From: Dehalococcoidia bacterium
GTDB taxonomy: Bacteria > Chloroflexota > Dehalococcoidia > GIF9 > UBA5629
Length of the DNA: 64,000 bases
Direction: 5' to 3'
Assembly: GCA_050011565.1 (NCBI GenBank)
Contig: JBEKIW010000002.1
Location: 256,001 to 320,000 of the forward strand
Position 1 is the stretch's first letter; every line of letters starts with the position of its first letter. Below, one piece after another: positions 41,848-51,927 of this stretch. The notes beneath the pieces were generated by a model. It saw only the letters and a program-made list of their open reading frames with translations, did no database searches and was not told the origin of the DNA. The translations under genes and the position numbers were made by a program.

Positions 41848-42277
41848 CTTGAAGCCTCCGGCAGGTGCCACGCATAAGAGAAAACGCGTAGGGCGTGGCG
41901 ATGGCAGCGGACATGGCTCTTATTCGGGCAAAGGCTGCAAGGGACAGAAAGCACGCTCAGGAGGCGGGGTTCGCCTTGGTTTTGAAGGCGGCCAGCTTGC
42001 CTTAATAAAACGTTTACCTAGAAAACGCGGCTTCGTTAATATTTTTAGAACCGAGTATAGCATAGTTAACGTGGGAGAGCTTAAAGCCTTTTCGGCTAAC
42101 GCTGAGATTACTCCAAAAGAGTTACTCGATATCGGGCTCATCAAGTCTTTCAAGTTTCCCGTTAAGATTCTCGGCGACGGCAAAATTGACCGTCCACTGG
42201 TAGTAAAGGCCAACAAATTCTCGGCCGCTGCTGAAAAGAAAATTGTGGCTGCTGGTGGTAAAGTGGAGGCGATTTAA
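41834..42277 (+). CDS. rplO: 50S ribosomal protein L15
   Basis: RVGRGDGSG, GFEGGQ. Confidence 0.97.
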   Translation: MLQHNLKPPAGATHKRKRVGRGDGSGHGSYSGKGCKGQKARSGGGVRLGFEGGQLALIKRLPRKRGFVNIFRTEYSIVNVGELKAFSANAEITPKELLDIGLIKSFKFPVKILGDGKIDRPLVVKANKFSAAAEKKIVAAGGKVEAI

Positions 42278-43594
42278 ATGCAGCAAGTGAGCTCAAGACC
42301 ACGTCTCTGGCAAGCATTGCTTGATGCCTTTTCCCTTCCGGACCTGAGACGGCGTCTGCTTTTCACCATAGGCATGCTGGTAGTTTTTCGATTCATTGCT
42401 CATGTTCCTCTGCCCGGTGTTAATCTTGCTGCGTTACAGCAGCTTTTTGAGCGGAATCAACTGCTAGGTATGCTTGACCTGTTTAGCGGCGGCGCTATGA
42501 GGAACTTCAGCGTGGCGGCTATGGGAGTTTATCCCTACATTACTGCTTCAATCGTTATGCAGTTGCTGGTTCCGGTAATTCCAGCCCTTCGGAATTTATC
42601 TCAAGAAGGGGAAGCCGGTAGAAACAGGGTTAATCAATTTACCCACTGGTTGACCATACCTCTGGCAGCTCTTCAAGGTTATGCTCAATTGGCGCTAATG
42701 CGCAGCCAGGGAGCGGTGGCACAAGCTGCAGCCTTGCCTACCTTGGCCATAATACTGTCCATGACAGCCGGAACTGTCTTTCTCGTTTGGCTCGGTGAGC
42801 TGATTACCGAGCGAGGCATTGGAAACGGTGTGTCCATAATAATCTTTGGTGGAATTGTAGCCGGCTTGCCGCAGATGGTGGGTCAGGCTACCATAGCCAC
42901 GAACAATATACCAGGTTTGATTGTCTTCGGTATCGTCGGCTTGGCCACGGTGGCATTTATCGTAATATTTACCGAAGGTCATCGCCGTATTCCGGTGCAA
43001 TATGCTCGAACTGCCTTCCGCGGAGCTCGCATGTACCGCCAATCGGGTGCCACTCATATCCCCCTCCGGGTGAATACCGCCGGAATGATACCGCTTATCT
43101 TTGCCCTGTCGCTGATGATTTTTCCAGGAACTATAGCCAGTTATTTCGCCAAACCCACGGGAGAACCTCCCAATTTTGCCAATACCATTCAAACATGGTT
43201 CAGCCCGAATACAGCTCTGCCGGTAGGTTTGTTTTACTGGGTTGTTTATTTCTTGATGGTGGTAGCCTTTACCTTCTTCTACACTATGGTTATATTTGAG
43301 CAAATGGATCTGGCGCGGACTTTACAACGCCAGGGAGGATTCATACCCGGCGTACGACCGGGGAAACCTACCACTGATTACCTCGACAAAGTAATTAGCC
43401 GGATAACCTGGGGTGGGGCTCTCTTTTTGGCCTTGGTGGCGATTTTGCCGTTCCTAGTTCGCTCGGTTACGAATATCGCTGCGCTGACATTGTCCAGCAC
43501 GGGTATTCTTATTGTTGTGGGCGTAGCCTTAGATACCATGAAACAAGTTGAGGCGCAGCTGACAATGCGCCGCTACGAAGGGTTCTTGAAGTAG
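42278..43594 (+). CDS. secY: Preprotein translocase SecY
   Basis: PYITASI, GIGNGVS, FIPGVRPG. Confidence 0.97.
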   Translation: MQQVSSRPRLWQALLDAFSLPDLRRRLLFTIGMLVVFRFIAHVPLPGVNLAALQQLFERNQLLGMLDLFSGGAMRNFSVAAMGVYPYITASIVMQLLVPVIPALRNLSQEGEAGRNRVNQFTHWLTIPLAALQGYAQLALMRSQGAVAQAAALPTLAIILSMTAGTVFLVWLGELITERGIGNGVSIIIFGGIVAGLPQMVGQATIATNNIPGLIVFGIVGLATVAFIVIFTEGHRRIPVQYARTAFRGARMYRQSGATHIPLRVNTAGMIPLIFALSLMIFPGTIASYFAKPTGEPPNFANTIQTWFSPNTALPVGLFYWVVYFLMVVAFTFFYTMVIFEQMDLARTLQRQGGFIPGVRPGKPTTDYLDKVISRITWGGALFLALVAILPFLVRSVTNIAALTLSSTGILIVVGVALDTMKQVEAQLTMRRYEGFLK

Positions 43595-43602
43595 GAAGAT
43601 AA

Positions 43603-44265
43603 ATGTTTTTAGTTTTTCTCGGTGCTCCGGGAGCAGGTAAAGGAACTCAAGCAGCCGTGATTGCAAGCAAATTGGGGCTGGCTCATATTGCTTCCGGCGA
43701 CCTCTTCAGACAGGCTGTAGAAAAAGGCACTGAGCTGGGGAAGTCAGTCAAAGCCTATATGGATAAAGGCGCACTTGTTCCGGATAAAGTGACCATTCAG
43801 CTAATCTCAGAACGGCTGAATGAGCCTGATTGTAAAAGCGGATGTGTTTTCGATGGCTTTCCTCGAACTATCGAGCAAGCCAGGGCGCTTGATAAGATGA
43901 TGGCAAGCCGCGGCCAGGCTATAGACAAAGCCATATATATTGAGGTGCCTGAAAAAGAGCTGTTAAAACGTCTTACAGGGCGGTGGATATGTAGAAAGTG
44001 CCAGACGCCTTATCATGAGGTAAGCTCACCGCCAAAGGTTCGGGGGAACTGTGATAAATGTGGCGGCGAGCTATATCAGCGCTCGGACGATATAGAGAAG
44101 ACTATACGAGAGCGGCTTAAAGTCTATTTCGCTCAAACTACCCCTGTGCTTGATTATTACAAGGCTGGGGGTAAGCTTGCTGCGGTAGATGGTAATCGTG
44201 ACATTAAAGAGGTATCCGGGAAGATAATCGATATTCTCGGGCCCGTGTCGGTGAAAGCTATATGA
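43603..44265 (+). CDS. adk: Adenylate kinase
   Basis: GAPGAGKGTQA, DGFPR, Zn-lid CxxC pairs. Confidence 0.96.
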   Translation: MFLVFLGAPGAGKGTQAAVIASKLGLAHIASGDLFRQAVEKGTELGKSVKAYMDKGALVPDKVTIQLISERLNEPDCKSGCVFDGFPRTIEQARALDKMMASRGQAIDKAIYIEVPEKELLKRLTGRWICRKCQTPYHEVSSPPKVRGNCDKCGGELYQRSDDIEKTIRERLKVYFAQTTPVLDYYKAGGKLAAVDGNRDIKEVSGKIIDILGPVSVKAI

Positions 44266-45008
44266 CCGTGATAAAGTCACCGCAGGAAGTGGCTATTATG
44301 CGGCAGGCTGGGAAAATCGTGGCGAAAACTTTACAAAGATTGACGGAAGAAATAAAGCCGGGGATTAAAACGAGCCACCTTGATTCATTGGCTGCCAGCG
44401 AGCTGAAGAAATACGGAGCTAAAGCTTCTTTCAAAGGTTATCGAGGCTTCCCGGCATCGCTGTGTGTTTCAGTTAATGACGAGATTGTACATGGTATTCC
44501 CGGAGAGCGGGAGTTGAATACCGGTGATATCGTCTCTCTCGATTTCGGCGCCGTAGTTAACGGCTTCCATGGCGATGGAGCTATAACCGTTGGGGTAGGT
44601 AGAATTAGTCCTAAGGCTCAGGAGCTTATGGCCATAACTGAAGCCGCATTGATGGTCGGCATAAAGGAAGCACGAAATGGTGCCCACCTGGGAGATGTTT
44701 CAGCGGCAATCCAGAACTACGTTGAGACCAGGGGTTTCTCTGTGGTTCGAGAGTATTCAGGACATGGAGTAGGTAGAGACTTGCACGAAGACCCGTTAGT
44801 ACCGAACTTCGGCCCTTCCGGCGAAGGACCTGTTTTGCGAAAGGGCATGACTCTGGCAATAGAGCCGATGGTGACTACCGGAGATTGGCAAACCCGGGTT
44901 GCCAGCAACAAATGGACGGTGCTGACTGTAGATGGCAGCCTTGCCGCGCATTTTGAGCATACTATCGCTATTAGCGAGGATGAAGCAGAGATACTGACTT
45001 TATTATAA
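44262..45008 (+). CDS. map: Methionine aminopeptidase type I
   Basis: SVNDEIVHGIP, GHGVG..LHEDP, AHFEHT. Confidence 0.96.
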   Translation: MTVIKSPQEVAIMRQAGKIVAKTLQRLTEEIKPGIKTSHLDSLAASELKKYGAKASFKGYRGFPASLCVSVNDEIVHGIPGERELNTGDIVSLDFGAVVNGFHGDGAITVGVGRISPKAQELMAITEAALMVGIKEARNGAHLGDVSAAIQNYVETRGFSVVREYSGHGVGRDLHEDPLVPNFGPSGEGPVLRKGMTLAIEPMVTTGDWQTRVASNKWTVLTVDGSLAAHFEHTIAISEDEAEILTLL

Positions 45009-45026
45009 TATATGTAGAAGTGCAGT

Positions 45027-45245
45027 ATGCCTAAGAAGGAAGCAATAGAGGTTGAAGGCATAGTTATTGAATCTTTACCTAATGCTATGTTTCGCGTGGA
45101 ACTGGCAAATGGACATGAGGTTCTGGGACATATTTCGGGTAAAATGAGGAAACATTATATTAGAATATTACCGGCGGATAAGGTGTTAGTGGAGCTTTCG
45201 CCTTACGATTTGAAGCGTGGGAGAATTACGTATCGGTTCAAGTAA
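45027..45245 (+). CDS. infA: Translation initiation factor IF-1
   Basis: [18 protein letters not shown]. Confidence 0.97.
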   Translation: MPKKEAIEVEGIVIESLPNAMFRVELANGHEVLGHISGKMRKHYIRILPADKVLVELSPYDLKRGRITYRFK

Positions 45246-45260
45246 CCATGAGCGTTTACT

Positions 45261-45289
45261 TTGACATAAGTGGTAACAAAGTTTATTAT
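45261..45289 (+). promoter_or_regulatory. Internal promoter for rpmJ-alpha operon
   Basis: TTGACA-17bp-TATTAT. Confidence 0.6.
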
Positions 45290-45318
45290 TATAGGGTTTT
45301 TTGCTTTAAGGTGATTAA

Positions 45319-45432
45319 ATGAAAGTAAGGTCTTCTGTTAAGCGTCGATGTGATAAATGCAAGATTGTCAGGCGCCGCGGCGTGGTTCGGGTTATTTGCC
45401 AGAATCCCAAACATAAGCAGCGCCAGGGATAA
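45319..45432 (+). CDS. rpmJ: 50S ribosomal protein L36 (Zn type)
   Basis: Manual translation [37 protein letters not shown]. Confidence 0.96.
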   Translation: MKVRSSVKRRCDKCKIVRRRGVVRVICQNPKHKQRQG

Positions 45433-45449
45433 TGCAGGAGTTATAAAAT

Positions 45450-45839
45450 ATGGCACGTATCGCCGGTGTGGACATTCCAAAAGATAAAAGAGTAGAGATT
45501 TCTCTACAGTATATCTACGGTATAGGTCCTCATTCAAGCCAGCGGATTTTAGCTTCCAGCGGCGTAAACCCTGATACCAGGGTGAAGGACCTCAGCGAGC
45601 AAGAAGTTAATCGCATTCGCGAGGTTATCGATAAAGAGTATAAAGTAGAGGGCACGCTTCGTAAGGAAGTTAATTTTAATATCAAGAGACTTATTGAAAT
45701 CGGCAGTTACCGTGGTCTAAGGCATCGTCGTGGATTACCGGCTCGGGGACAGCGCACCCGAACCAATGCCCGGACCAAGCGTGGACTCCGCAAGACAGTG
45801 GCCGGACGCGGACAGAGACGTGGAACGACCAAGAAATAA
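45450..45839 (+). CDS. rpsM: 30S ribosomal protein S13
   Basis: [18 protein letters not shown]. Confidence 0.97.
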   Translation: MARIAGVDIPKDKRVEISLQYIYGIGPHSSQRILASSGVNPDTRVKDLSEQEVNRIREVIDKEYKVEGTLRKEVNFNIKRLIEIGSYRGLRHRRGLPARGQRTRTNARTKRGLRKTVAGRGQRRGTTKK

Positions 45840-45857
45840 AGGAGTGATGAAGAGTAT

Positions 45858-46250
45858 ATGCCTAAGAAAAAGAAAACCGGCGCAAGAAGGCGAGAGCGCA
45901 AACAAGTAGCTGAAGGTAAAGCCTATATCCAATCTTCATTTAATAATACAATCATCACTCTTACCGACCAGAAAGGTGGGGTCATCGCCTGGGGGAGTTC
46001 TGGCACTGCTGGTTTTAAAGGCTCTCGAAAAGGTACGCCCTACGCGGCTCAGCTGGCAGCCCAGGGAGCGGCTCAGAAAGCCAAGGAACACGGTTTGCGT
46101 CAGGTAGAGGTCTTTGTTCGAGGTCCCGGAAGTGGCCGAGAAGCGGCTATCAGAGCCATCCAGGCCTCGGGGATTTTAGTCACCGGAATTAAGGACGTTA
46201 CCCCGGTTCCACATAATGGATGCCGGCCCCGTAAGAGAAGGCGAGTCTAG
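45858..46250 (+). CDS. rpsK: 30S ribosomal protein S11
   Basis: [18 protein letters not shown]. Confidence 0.97.
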   Translation: MPKKKKTGARRRERKQVAEGKAYIQSSFNNTIITLTDQKGGVIAWGSSGTAGFKGSRKGTPYAAQLAAQGAAQKAKEHGLRQVEVFVRGPGSGREAAIRAIQASGILVTGIKDVTPVPHNGCRPRKRRRV

Positions 46251-46252
46251 AA

Positions 46253-46885
46253 ATGGCACGTTATATAGACGCTAAGTGTCGTGTATGCCGCCGAGCTGGC
46301 GATAAATTGATGCTTAAGGGGGACAGGTGTTTTACCTCCAAGTGCGCTTTTGAGCGCCGGGATGTTCCTCCTGGTTATAGAGGTGTCAGCAAGCGCCGTG
46401 CCAAAAAGTCTGACCGTGGGCTTCAGTTGCAGGAAAAACAGAAGGCGCGTTATACCTATGGACTTATGGAACGACAATTTCGAAAATTCTTTGCTGAAGC
46501 GGAAAGACTTCCGGGCATAACCGGAGTGACTCTTCTAATTTTGCTTGAGAGACGGTTGGACAATGTAGTTTTCAGGTTTGGCTTTGCCAGCTCCCGTGCT
46601 CAAGCCAGACAGCTGGTACGCCATGGTCACTTTCTCTTAAACGGCCGCAAGACTGATATCCCCTCTTGCCTGGTGAAGTCTGGTGATGCCATTGCCTGGC
46701 GGGAGGCCAGCACTAAGAGCGAATATTACAAAACGCTGGTTCAGGAAATTGAGGGCAGGACTATTCCCGGCTGGCTGGCATTAGACAAACAAAAAATGGC
46801 CGGTCAGATTATTAACCTGCCGACGGGTGAGGATATTGAAGTCAAGTTCGATGAAAAAGCTATCGTTGAATACTATTCTCGTTAA
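46253..46885 (+). CDS. rpsD: 30S ribosomal protein S4
   Basis: LERRLDNVV, ARQLVRHGH, IVEYYSR. Confidence 0.97.
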   Translation: MARYIDAKCRVCRRAGDKLMLKGDRCFTSKCAFERRDVPPGYRGVSKRRAKKSDRGLQLQEKQKARYTYGLMERQFRKFFAEAERLPGITGVTLLILLERRLDNVVFRFGFASSRAQARQLVRHGHFLLNGRKTDIPSCLVKSGDAIAWREASTKSEYYKTLVQEIEGRTIPGWLALDKQKMAGQIINLPTGEDIEVKFDEKAIVEYYSR

Positions 46886-46894
46886 GGAGGCTTC

Positions 46895-47920
46895 TTGGCT
46901 GGCTTAGCACTACCAAAGGTAGAATGTGTTGAAGGCACCGAAACGTACGGCCGTTTCGTTGCTGAACCTGTGGAAAAAGGTTTTGGAGTTACATTAGGTA
47001 ACGCATTGCGCCGGGTGCTTCTTAGCTCTCTGCCCGGTGCTGCGGTAACCTGGGCCATGATTGAGAGTGTCCAGCATGAATTCTCAACCATCCCCCATGT
47101 TAAAGAAGATACGATAGATTTCCTGCTTAACGTTAAGGCGATACGGCTGCGTCATCTTGCCCAGCGTTCAGGAAAATTGAGACTGGAGGCTGAAGGAGAA
47201 GGGCAAGTTCGGGCCGGCGATATTAAACCGTCGGCAGATTTCGAGATTGTTAACCCGGAACTATATCTGGCTACTCTGGATGCACCTGAAGCTAGGCTGG
47301 ATGTCGAGTTTAATGTCGAGATAGGCAGAGGGTATGTACCGGCCAGTTCCAGCGATAGCCTGCCGATTGGGGCGATTCCTATAGATGCTATTTTCACACC
47401 GCTTCGCAAAGTTAATTACTCGGTGGAGCCCAGCAGCCTAAGAGAAGGCAGTAATCAGGAAAAACTTATATTGGAAGTTTGGACTGACGGCTCCATATCT
47501 CCGATAGAGGCGGTTAGCCAGAGCGCGGCTATACTGATAGAGCAGTTTGGCTGCTTCCGCGAACTGGCTAAAGTGATAACCCAAGAGGGAGCCGAAATAG
47601 TATGGCAAAGGCTGATTCCTCCGGAGCAGTACTTGATGCCTTTAGACCAGTTGAATTTATCCACTCATACCTATAACAGTTTGAGAAGAGGCGGCGTTAC
47701 TACGTTAGGCCAGATTCTGGAGAAAAGCCTGGATGGCCTGTGTGCACTGGCTGGCTTCGGCGCCAAGTCCAGAGAGGAAGTGGAAGTGGCACTTAAACGT
47801 CTTGACCTGCCTTTCATCCCCGAGGCTAAAGAGAAAAAGGAAAAGAAAAAGGCATCAAAGGCCACGGCTTCCAAGAAAGAGGAAGATACTGAAAGTTCGG
47901 AAGGGAAGGCTGAAGATTGA
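46895..47920 (+). CDS. rpoA: RNA polymerase alpha subunit
   Basis: [21 protein letters not shown]. Confidence 0.96.
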   Translation: MAGLALPKVECVEGTETYGRFVAEPVEKGFGVTLGNALRRVLLSSLPGAAVTWAMIESVQHEFSTIPHVKEDTIDFLLNVKAIRLRHLAQRSGKLRLEAEGEGQVRAGDIKPSADFEIVNPELYLATLDAPEARLDVEFNVEIGRGYVPASSSDSLPIGAIPIDAIFTPLRKVNYSVEPSSLREGSNQEKLILEVWTDGSISPIEAVSQSAAILIEQFGCFRELAKVITQEGAEIVWQRLIPPEQYLMPLDQLNLSTHTYNSLRRGGVTTLGQILEKSLDGLCALAGFGAKSREEVEVALKRLDLPFIPEAKEKKEKKKASKATASKKEEDTESSEGKAED

Positions 47921-48270
47921 GACATCGCGTAGCTGGACGAAAACTGAGCCGGCCTACAGCGCAGCGCTGGGCACTTTACCGTAACCTGGTGGCCGATTTA
48001 GTTAAATACGAAAAAATTGTCACCACCGAGGCCAAGGCAAAAGAGATTCGAGGGCTGGCTGAAAAAATGATTACCTTGGGTAAAGAAGGCAGCCTGGCAT
48101 CGAGACGGCGGGCTCTTGCCTTTGTTACCGATAAGAAGCTCGTCGATAAGATATTCAGTGAGCTGGCACCTAGATATGCAGAGCGCGCCGGAGGTTATAC
48201 GAGGATAGTTAAGTTGGGACGGCGGGTCGGTGACGGGGCGCGGCTAGCCCAAATTCAGATGGTAGAATAA
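47917..48270 (+). CDS. rplQ: 50S ribosomal protein L17
   Basis: [14 protein letters not shown]. Confidence 0.97.
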   Translation: MRHRVAGRKLSRPTAQRWALYRNLVADLVKYEKIVTTEAKAKEIRGLAEKMITLGKEGSLASRRRALAFVTDKKLVDKIFSELAPRYAERAGGYTRIVKLGRRVGDGARLAQIQMVE

Positions 48271-48282
48271 CAGTAAACCCCG

Positions 48283-49062
48283 TTGGAGAAGCTCTTTAAC
48301 AGCGTTAGCAAGATTGTTCTGGTTGTGGAGTATGACGGCAGAAATTATTATGGCTTTCAGTGGCAGGCTAAGTTGCCTACGATTCAGTCTGAACTGGAAA
48401 GCGTTATACGAAGAGTTGCCGGAGAAAGCAGCCGTGTGATGGCTGCCAGCCGGACCGATACCGGCGTACATGCCAGAGGCCAGGTAGTTAGCTTCCGGAC
48501 TCAGTCCAGCTTAACTCCACAGGTTTTTATCAGAGCTCTAAATTACTATCTGCCGAAGGATATTGCGGTTAAGGGCGCTTGTAAGATGAATATGGATTTT
48601 AACGTCAGGCGTGATGCTGTGAGCCGAGAATACGATTATTGTATATTGAATAGCTCAACCCGGTCGCCTCTATTTGACGGCTTTGCTTATTTTGTGCCCA
48701 AAAAGTTGAACACTAGAATTATGAATATGGCATGTAAATTTCTTGAAGGCGAACATGACTTTGTCTCCTTCGCCACAGCGCTGGGCAAGCCAAGAAGCAC
48801 AGTGCGCACTGTCTATAAAGCGAAGGTGACAAAAAAGGATGACGTGGTCACTTATAATATGATGGCTAATTCATTTCTACCTCATCAGGTCCGCAATACG
48901 GTTGGCTTGCTAATAAGGGTGGGTTTAGGTAAAGTAGGACTTGATGAATTTAGTCAGATTATGGAGGCAAAGCTGCTGGGGCTGGCCGGACCGACGGCAC
49001 CGGCTTGTGGCCTTTTTTTAAATAAAGTTAATTACCCTGCAAATCTGGAGCTGGCAATATGA
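48283..49062 (+). CDS. truA: tRNA pseudouridine(38-40) synthase
   Basis: [24 protein letters not shown]. Confidence 0.95.
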   Translation: MEKLFNSVSKIVLVVEYDGRNYYGFQWQAKLPTIQSELESVIRRVAGESSRVMAASRTDTGVHARGQVVSFRTQSSLTPQVFIRALNYYLPKDIAVKGACKMNMDFNVRRDAVSREYDYCILNSSTRSPLFDGFAYFVPKKLNTRIMNMACKFLEGEHDFVSFATALGKPRSTVRTVYKAKVTKKDDVVTYNMMANSFLPHQVRNTVGLLIRVGLGKVGLDEFSQIMEAKLLGLAGPTAPACGLFLNKVNYPANLELAI

Positions 49063-49499
49063 AGACCTATTCAACTAAAGCTAAAGACGTCGAACGCCGG
49101 TGGCATGTTATCGATGCCTCGGGGAAGATCTTAGGCAAGCTGGCCACACAGGTAGCAAACTTGCTCATGGGCAAACACAAGCCGACATTCGTTCCGTATC
49201 TTGATACCGGCGATTTTGTCATTGTGCTCAATGCAACTAAGGTTAAAGTCACCGGGAAGAAACCAAAGCAAAAAACTTATTATCGGCATTCAGGATACCC
49301 CGGCGGCATTAAAGCTGAGACTTATGAAGAGATGATGGCTGCTCACCCCACTAGAGTGATTGAGCATGCAGTCAGGGGCATGTTGCCGCACAATCGGTTG
49401 GGTAGAGCCATGTTTAAGAAGCTCAAAGTTTACGCCGGTGATAGTCATCCTCATCAGGCGCAGGTCGCCGGTATGAAAACAACTGCAAAGGGGAGTTGA
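49059..49499 (+). CDS. rplM: 50S ribosomal protein L13
   Basis: WHVIDA, GKHKP, HSGYPGG. Confidence 0.97.
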   Translation: MKTYSTKAKDVERRWHVIDASGKILGKLATQVANLLMGKHKPTFVPYLDTGDFVIVLNATKVKVTGKKPKQKTYYRHSGYPGGIKAETYEEMMAAHPTRVIEHAVRGMLPHNRLGRAMFKKLKVYAGDSHPHQAQVAGMKTTAKGS

Positions 49500-49900
49500 A
49501 TCTAGTGACTACTCAGACATATGACCGTGGCACAGGCAAGCGCAAATGCGCCATAGCACAGGTGAAGCTGTTCTCAGGCAAGGGAGAGATTATGGTTAAT
49601 GGTAAGCCGTACCAGGATTTTTTCCCTCGCCTTGAACATCGGCGCAATGTTGAGCATCCTTTTAAGGCTACGGATACTATAGGCAAGTTTAACGTTGAAG
49701 TTAAGGTGACCGGTGGCGGCGTTACCGGTCAGGCTGAGGCTATTCGACACGGCATTGCGCGAGCCTTAGTTAAAGCCAACGAGCAGTTCAGGCCTATGCT
49801 GCGTCAAGAGGGCTTACTGACCCGCGATGCTCGAATAAAAGAGCGCAAGAAGTACGGTCTCAAGCGCGCCCGCAAAGCACCTCAGTATACCAAGCGATAA
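49496..49900 (+). CDS. rpsI: 30S ribosomal protein S9
   Basis: [25 protein letters not shown]. Confidence 0.97.
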   Translation: MNLVTTQTYDRGTGKRKCAIAQVKLFSGKGEIMVNGKPYQDFFPRLEHRRNVEHPFKATDTIGKFNVEVKVTGGGVTGQAEAIRHGIARALVKANEQFRPMLRQEGLLTRDARIKERKKYGLKRARKAPQYTKR

Positions 49901-50086
49901 AGCTTAGCAACCGGCGAATACCGGCAAAAGCCTGCTTTGACTTAATATCCGTTATTTTAAATAACGACAGCCCAGTTTGAACTGGAGTCAGCAGCAGCTT
50001 TATAGTTCTCATATTCTTGCCTTGTTTCATTTGTCAGGCGGGCTTGACTGATACTACCTTGCCTGCCATAATGCGATAGGAAATAG

Positions 50087-51268
50087 ATGGTAAAAAATAC
50101 GGTAAATCGGAAACGCGCCAAAGTCGCCACTGCCAGTGTAGTGAGCGACGTGGAAAAAGAACTTCTTATTGCTGATAAAGTTTGTTCGGTGGAAAAGTCC
50201 ATGGTAATCGAAAACCACCAAAAAGGATGGTTCTGCGCCGCTATATGCTCCGACGGCAGTATGTTCATGGATGAAGCTGATTCGCCGGTCCGCATTCTGG
50301 AGATACTCAGCGGAGCCGTCATTGCCTGGGTGGACTTTCGCACCAACGATTTTGAGAAAGAAGCCTGCATTGCCGGCACACTTCTTGGGTTCAGCGACCA
50401 ACTTATTTCGTCGCTAAGTGGAGACTCTCGCCTGCTGTACGAAGACTTAAATACCGAGATGGGCCTAAAGCTTCCCTCCATTCAGATCCGGCTACACGAA
50501 CACCCTGACGTGCAGACTCACACCACACTACTTCTGCTGAGAAAGAACCTGATTCTAACCATTCACCCGGTGGATGTAGACCGTAGATTCAGCCGTCTGC
50601 GCCGGTATTCCAGTAAAGTATTGCAGAAAATACCTATCGATGCCTCTCCCGAAGACAAATTGACCGTATTGCTCATACGCATAGTCGACCAAAATAACGA
50701 CCGCAACTTTGAACACTTACGCCAGATTGAGGAACACGGCGACGAACTGAACAAACGTCTGATGAACCCCGAAACTCCGCGCACCATACTCGGGCCGGAG
50801 ATTTATGGCATGAAACACGCACTTATCAGCTACCTGAATGCACTATGGGAGACGGTTGATGTACTACACGATGTGCGTTATGGGGACGCCGAGATCATAT
50901 CTGATAACACACGGCTGCTGGAACAAGTAGGGCTGCTGGCTGAGAATGTAAAGCAGCAGATAGGTCTGGCCGAGCATTTATCCGAGGTACTGGCTTCGGG
51001 GCTGGAAGTATTGCAGTCGATTTACAACAATCAACTGCAGGTTCTTAACAACAAAATGGCGATGATTATGACCTATTTGACCATACTTGGTACCGCCGTG
51101 CTTGTCCCCAATACACTGGCCACGATCTTCGGCAACTCGGCTTTCGCCATGACGCCAGGTGATAGAGGCTGGTATGTAGCTCTATTGGTTGTATCTACTG
51201 TTATAGCCACCTACCTCGCCTTCTGGTGGGCCAAGAGGTCAGGCTGGTTTCCTAAAAAGATGGATTGA
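50087..51268 (+). CDS. CorA-family divalent cation transporter (non-canonical signature)
   Basis: Long helical domain, SIYNNQL..MTYLTI and two C-terminal TM helices; no GMN motif. Confidence 0.75.
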   Translation: MVKNTVNRKRAKVATASVVSDVEKELLIADKVCSVEKSMVIENHQKGWFCAAICSDGSMFMDEADSPVRILEILSGAVIAWVDFRTNDFEKEACIAGTLLGFSDQLISSLSGDSRLLYEDLNTEMGLKLPSIQIRLHEHPDVQTHTTLLLLRKNLILTIHPVDVDRRFSRLRRYSSKVLQKIPIDASPEDKLTVLLIRIVDQNNDRNFEHLRQIEEHGDELNKRLMNPETPRTILGPEIYGMKHALISYLNALWETVDVLHDVRYGDAEIISDNTRLLEQVGLLAENVKQQIGLAEHLSEVLASGLEVLQSIYNNQLQVLNNKMAMIMTYLTILGTAVLVPNTLATIFGNSAFAMTPGDRGWYVALLVVSTVIATYLAFWWAKRSGWFPKKMD

Positions 51269-51320
51269 GTTCTTGCGTCTGCTTCCCATCCATCCTATGT
51301 CAAATTGATAGTTGCCTTAT

Positions 51321-51656
51321 TTACAGGCTGACTATATCGTTATCCATCATAGACTGTATGGATTTCATCATGTTTGTCGGTTTGCCGACTGCCAGTTTAT
51401 CCGTCAGCTCAAAGTGTTCCAGGCAGGTGGTGCAGGACAGAAGCTCCACGCCCTGTTCTTCAAGCTGTTTCAAACGGTGCAAAACTGGAGAGCCTTCACA
51501 CGCAAGGCGCACTCCCGTATTCCAGAATATCATACTGTTCGGCTTATCTTCGCTTTCACCGAGCAATCTAAAAAAATTAGACATGAGCATGGAGCCCAGT
51601 TGCTCGTTCCCTCTTCCAAGTCCTTCCGATTGGATAAGAAATACCTTATGTGTCAC
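51321..51656 (-). CDS. YedF-like (DsrE-domain) sulfurtransferase/selenium metabolism protein
   Basis: GLGRGNEQLGSMLM, FWNTGVRL, LSCTTCL, VGKPTNM match the YedF C-terminal domain; GTG start with GGGAGG RBS. Confidence 0.8.
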   Translation of the reverse strand: MTHKVFLIQSEGLGRGNEQLGSMLMSNFFRLLGESEDKPNSMIFWNTGVRLACEGSPVLHRLKQLEEQGVELLSCTTCLEHFELTDKLAVGKPTNMMKSIQSMMDNDIVSL

Positions 51657-51685
51657 ATCTAACCTCCCTGTTGTTAATTTTTCAT

Positions 51686-51726
51686 AAATAAAAAAGCGAT
51701 GGCCGAGAAACTCCGCACCATCGCTT
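51686..51726 (-). terminator. Intrinsic terminator (attenuator) upstream of yedF-like gene
   Basis: Minus strand AAGCGATGGT-13nt-GCCATCGCTT then TTTTATTT, 30 nt before the start codon. Confidence 0.85.
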
Positions 51727-51749
51727 CAGGAGGCATTCTGTAAAATGCA

Positions 51750-51875
51750 CTAAACAGCCATAAGCCTCCTGATATTACGGAAACGGAGGTTCTGCGAGCA
51801 AATGACTGATGCAAAACTTGCACCCAGCCACTTGGCTCAAACTCAAGTGAACTGAAGATACAGTGCCTCAGTCAT
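51750..51875 (-). CDS. Putative Sec-containing leader peptide MTEALYLQFT-U-V-U-AKWLGASFASVICSQNLRFRNIRRLMAV
   Basis: AAGGAGGTGA RBS, ATG 51875, in-frame TGA at 51845-43 and 51839-37, then open to TAG 51752-50. Confidence 0.7.
51796..51838 (-). promoter_or_regulatory. SECIS-like hairpin
   Basis: Apical stem GGGTGCAA-GTT-TTGCATC begins 11 nt after the second UGA; lower stem GAGC-CAAGTGGCT / AGTCATTTGCTC. Confidence 0.7.
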
Positions 51876-51927
51876 TGCTCTCACCTCCTTTACATTTCTA
51901 GTCATTCGCGTTGGCAAATGTCGACGA

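Noticed and set aside
30105-49252. Minus-strand ORFs across the ribosomal cluster
   Set aside because: Antisense shadows of conserved genes, with no motifs.
51707-51792. Moco-riboswitch-like words on the + strand (CTCCG..GCCTCC..GGAAACGGAG)
   Set aside because: Wrong orientation (no + strand gene downstream) and internal Moco motifs are missing; the pairing is explained by the minus-strand antiterminator.
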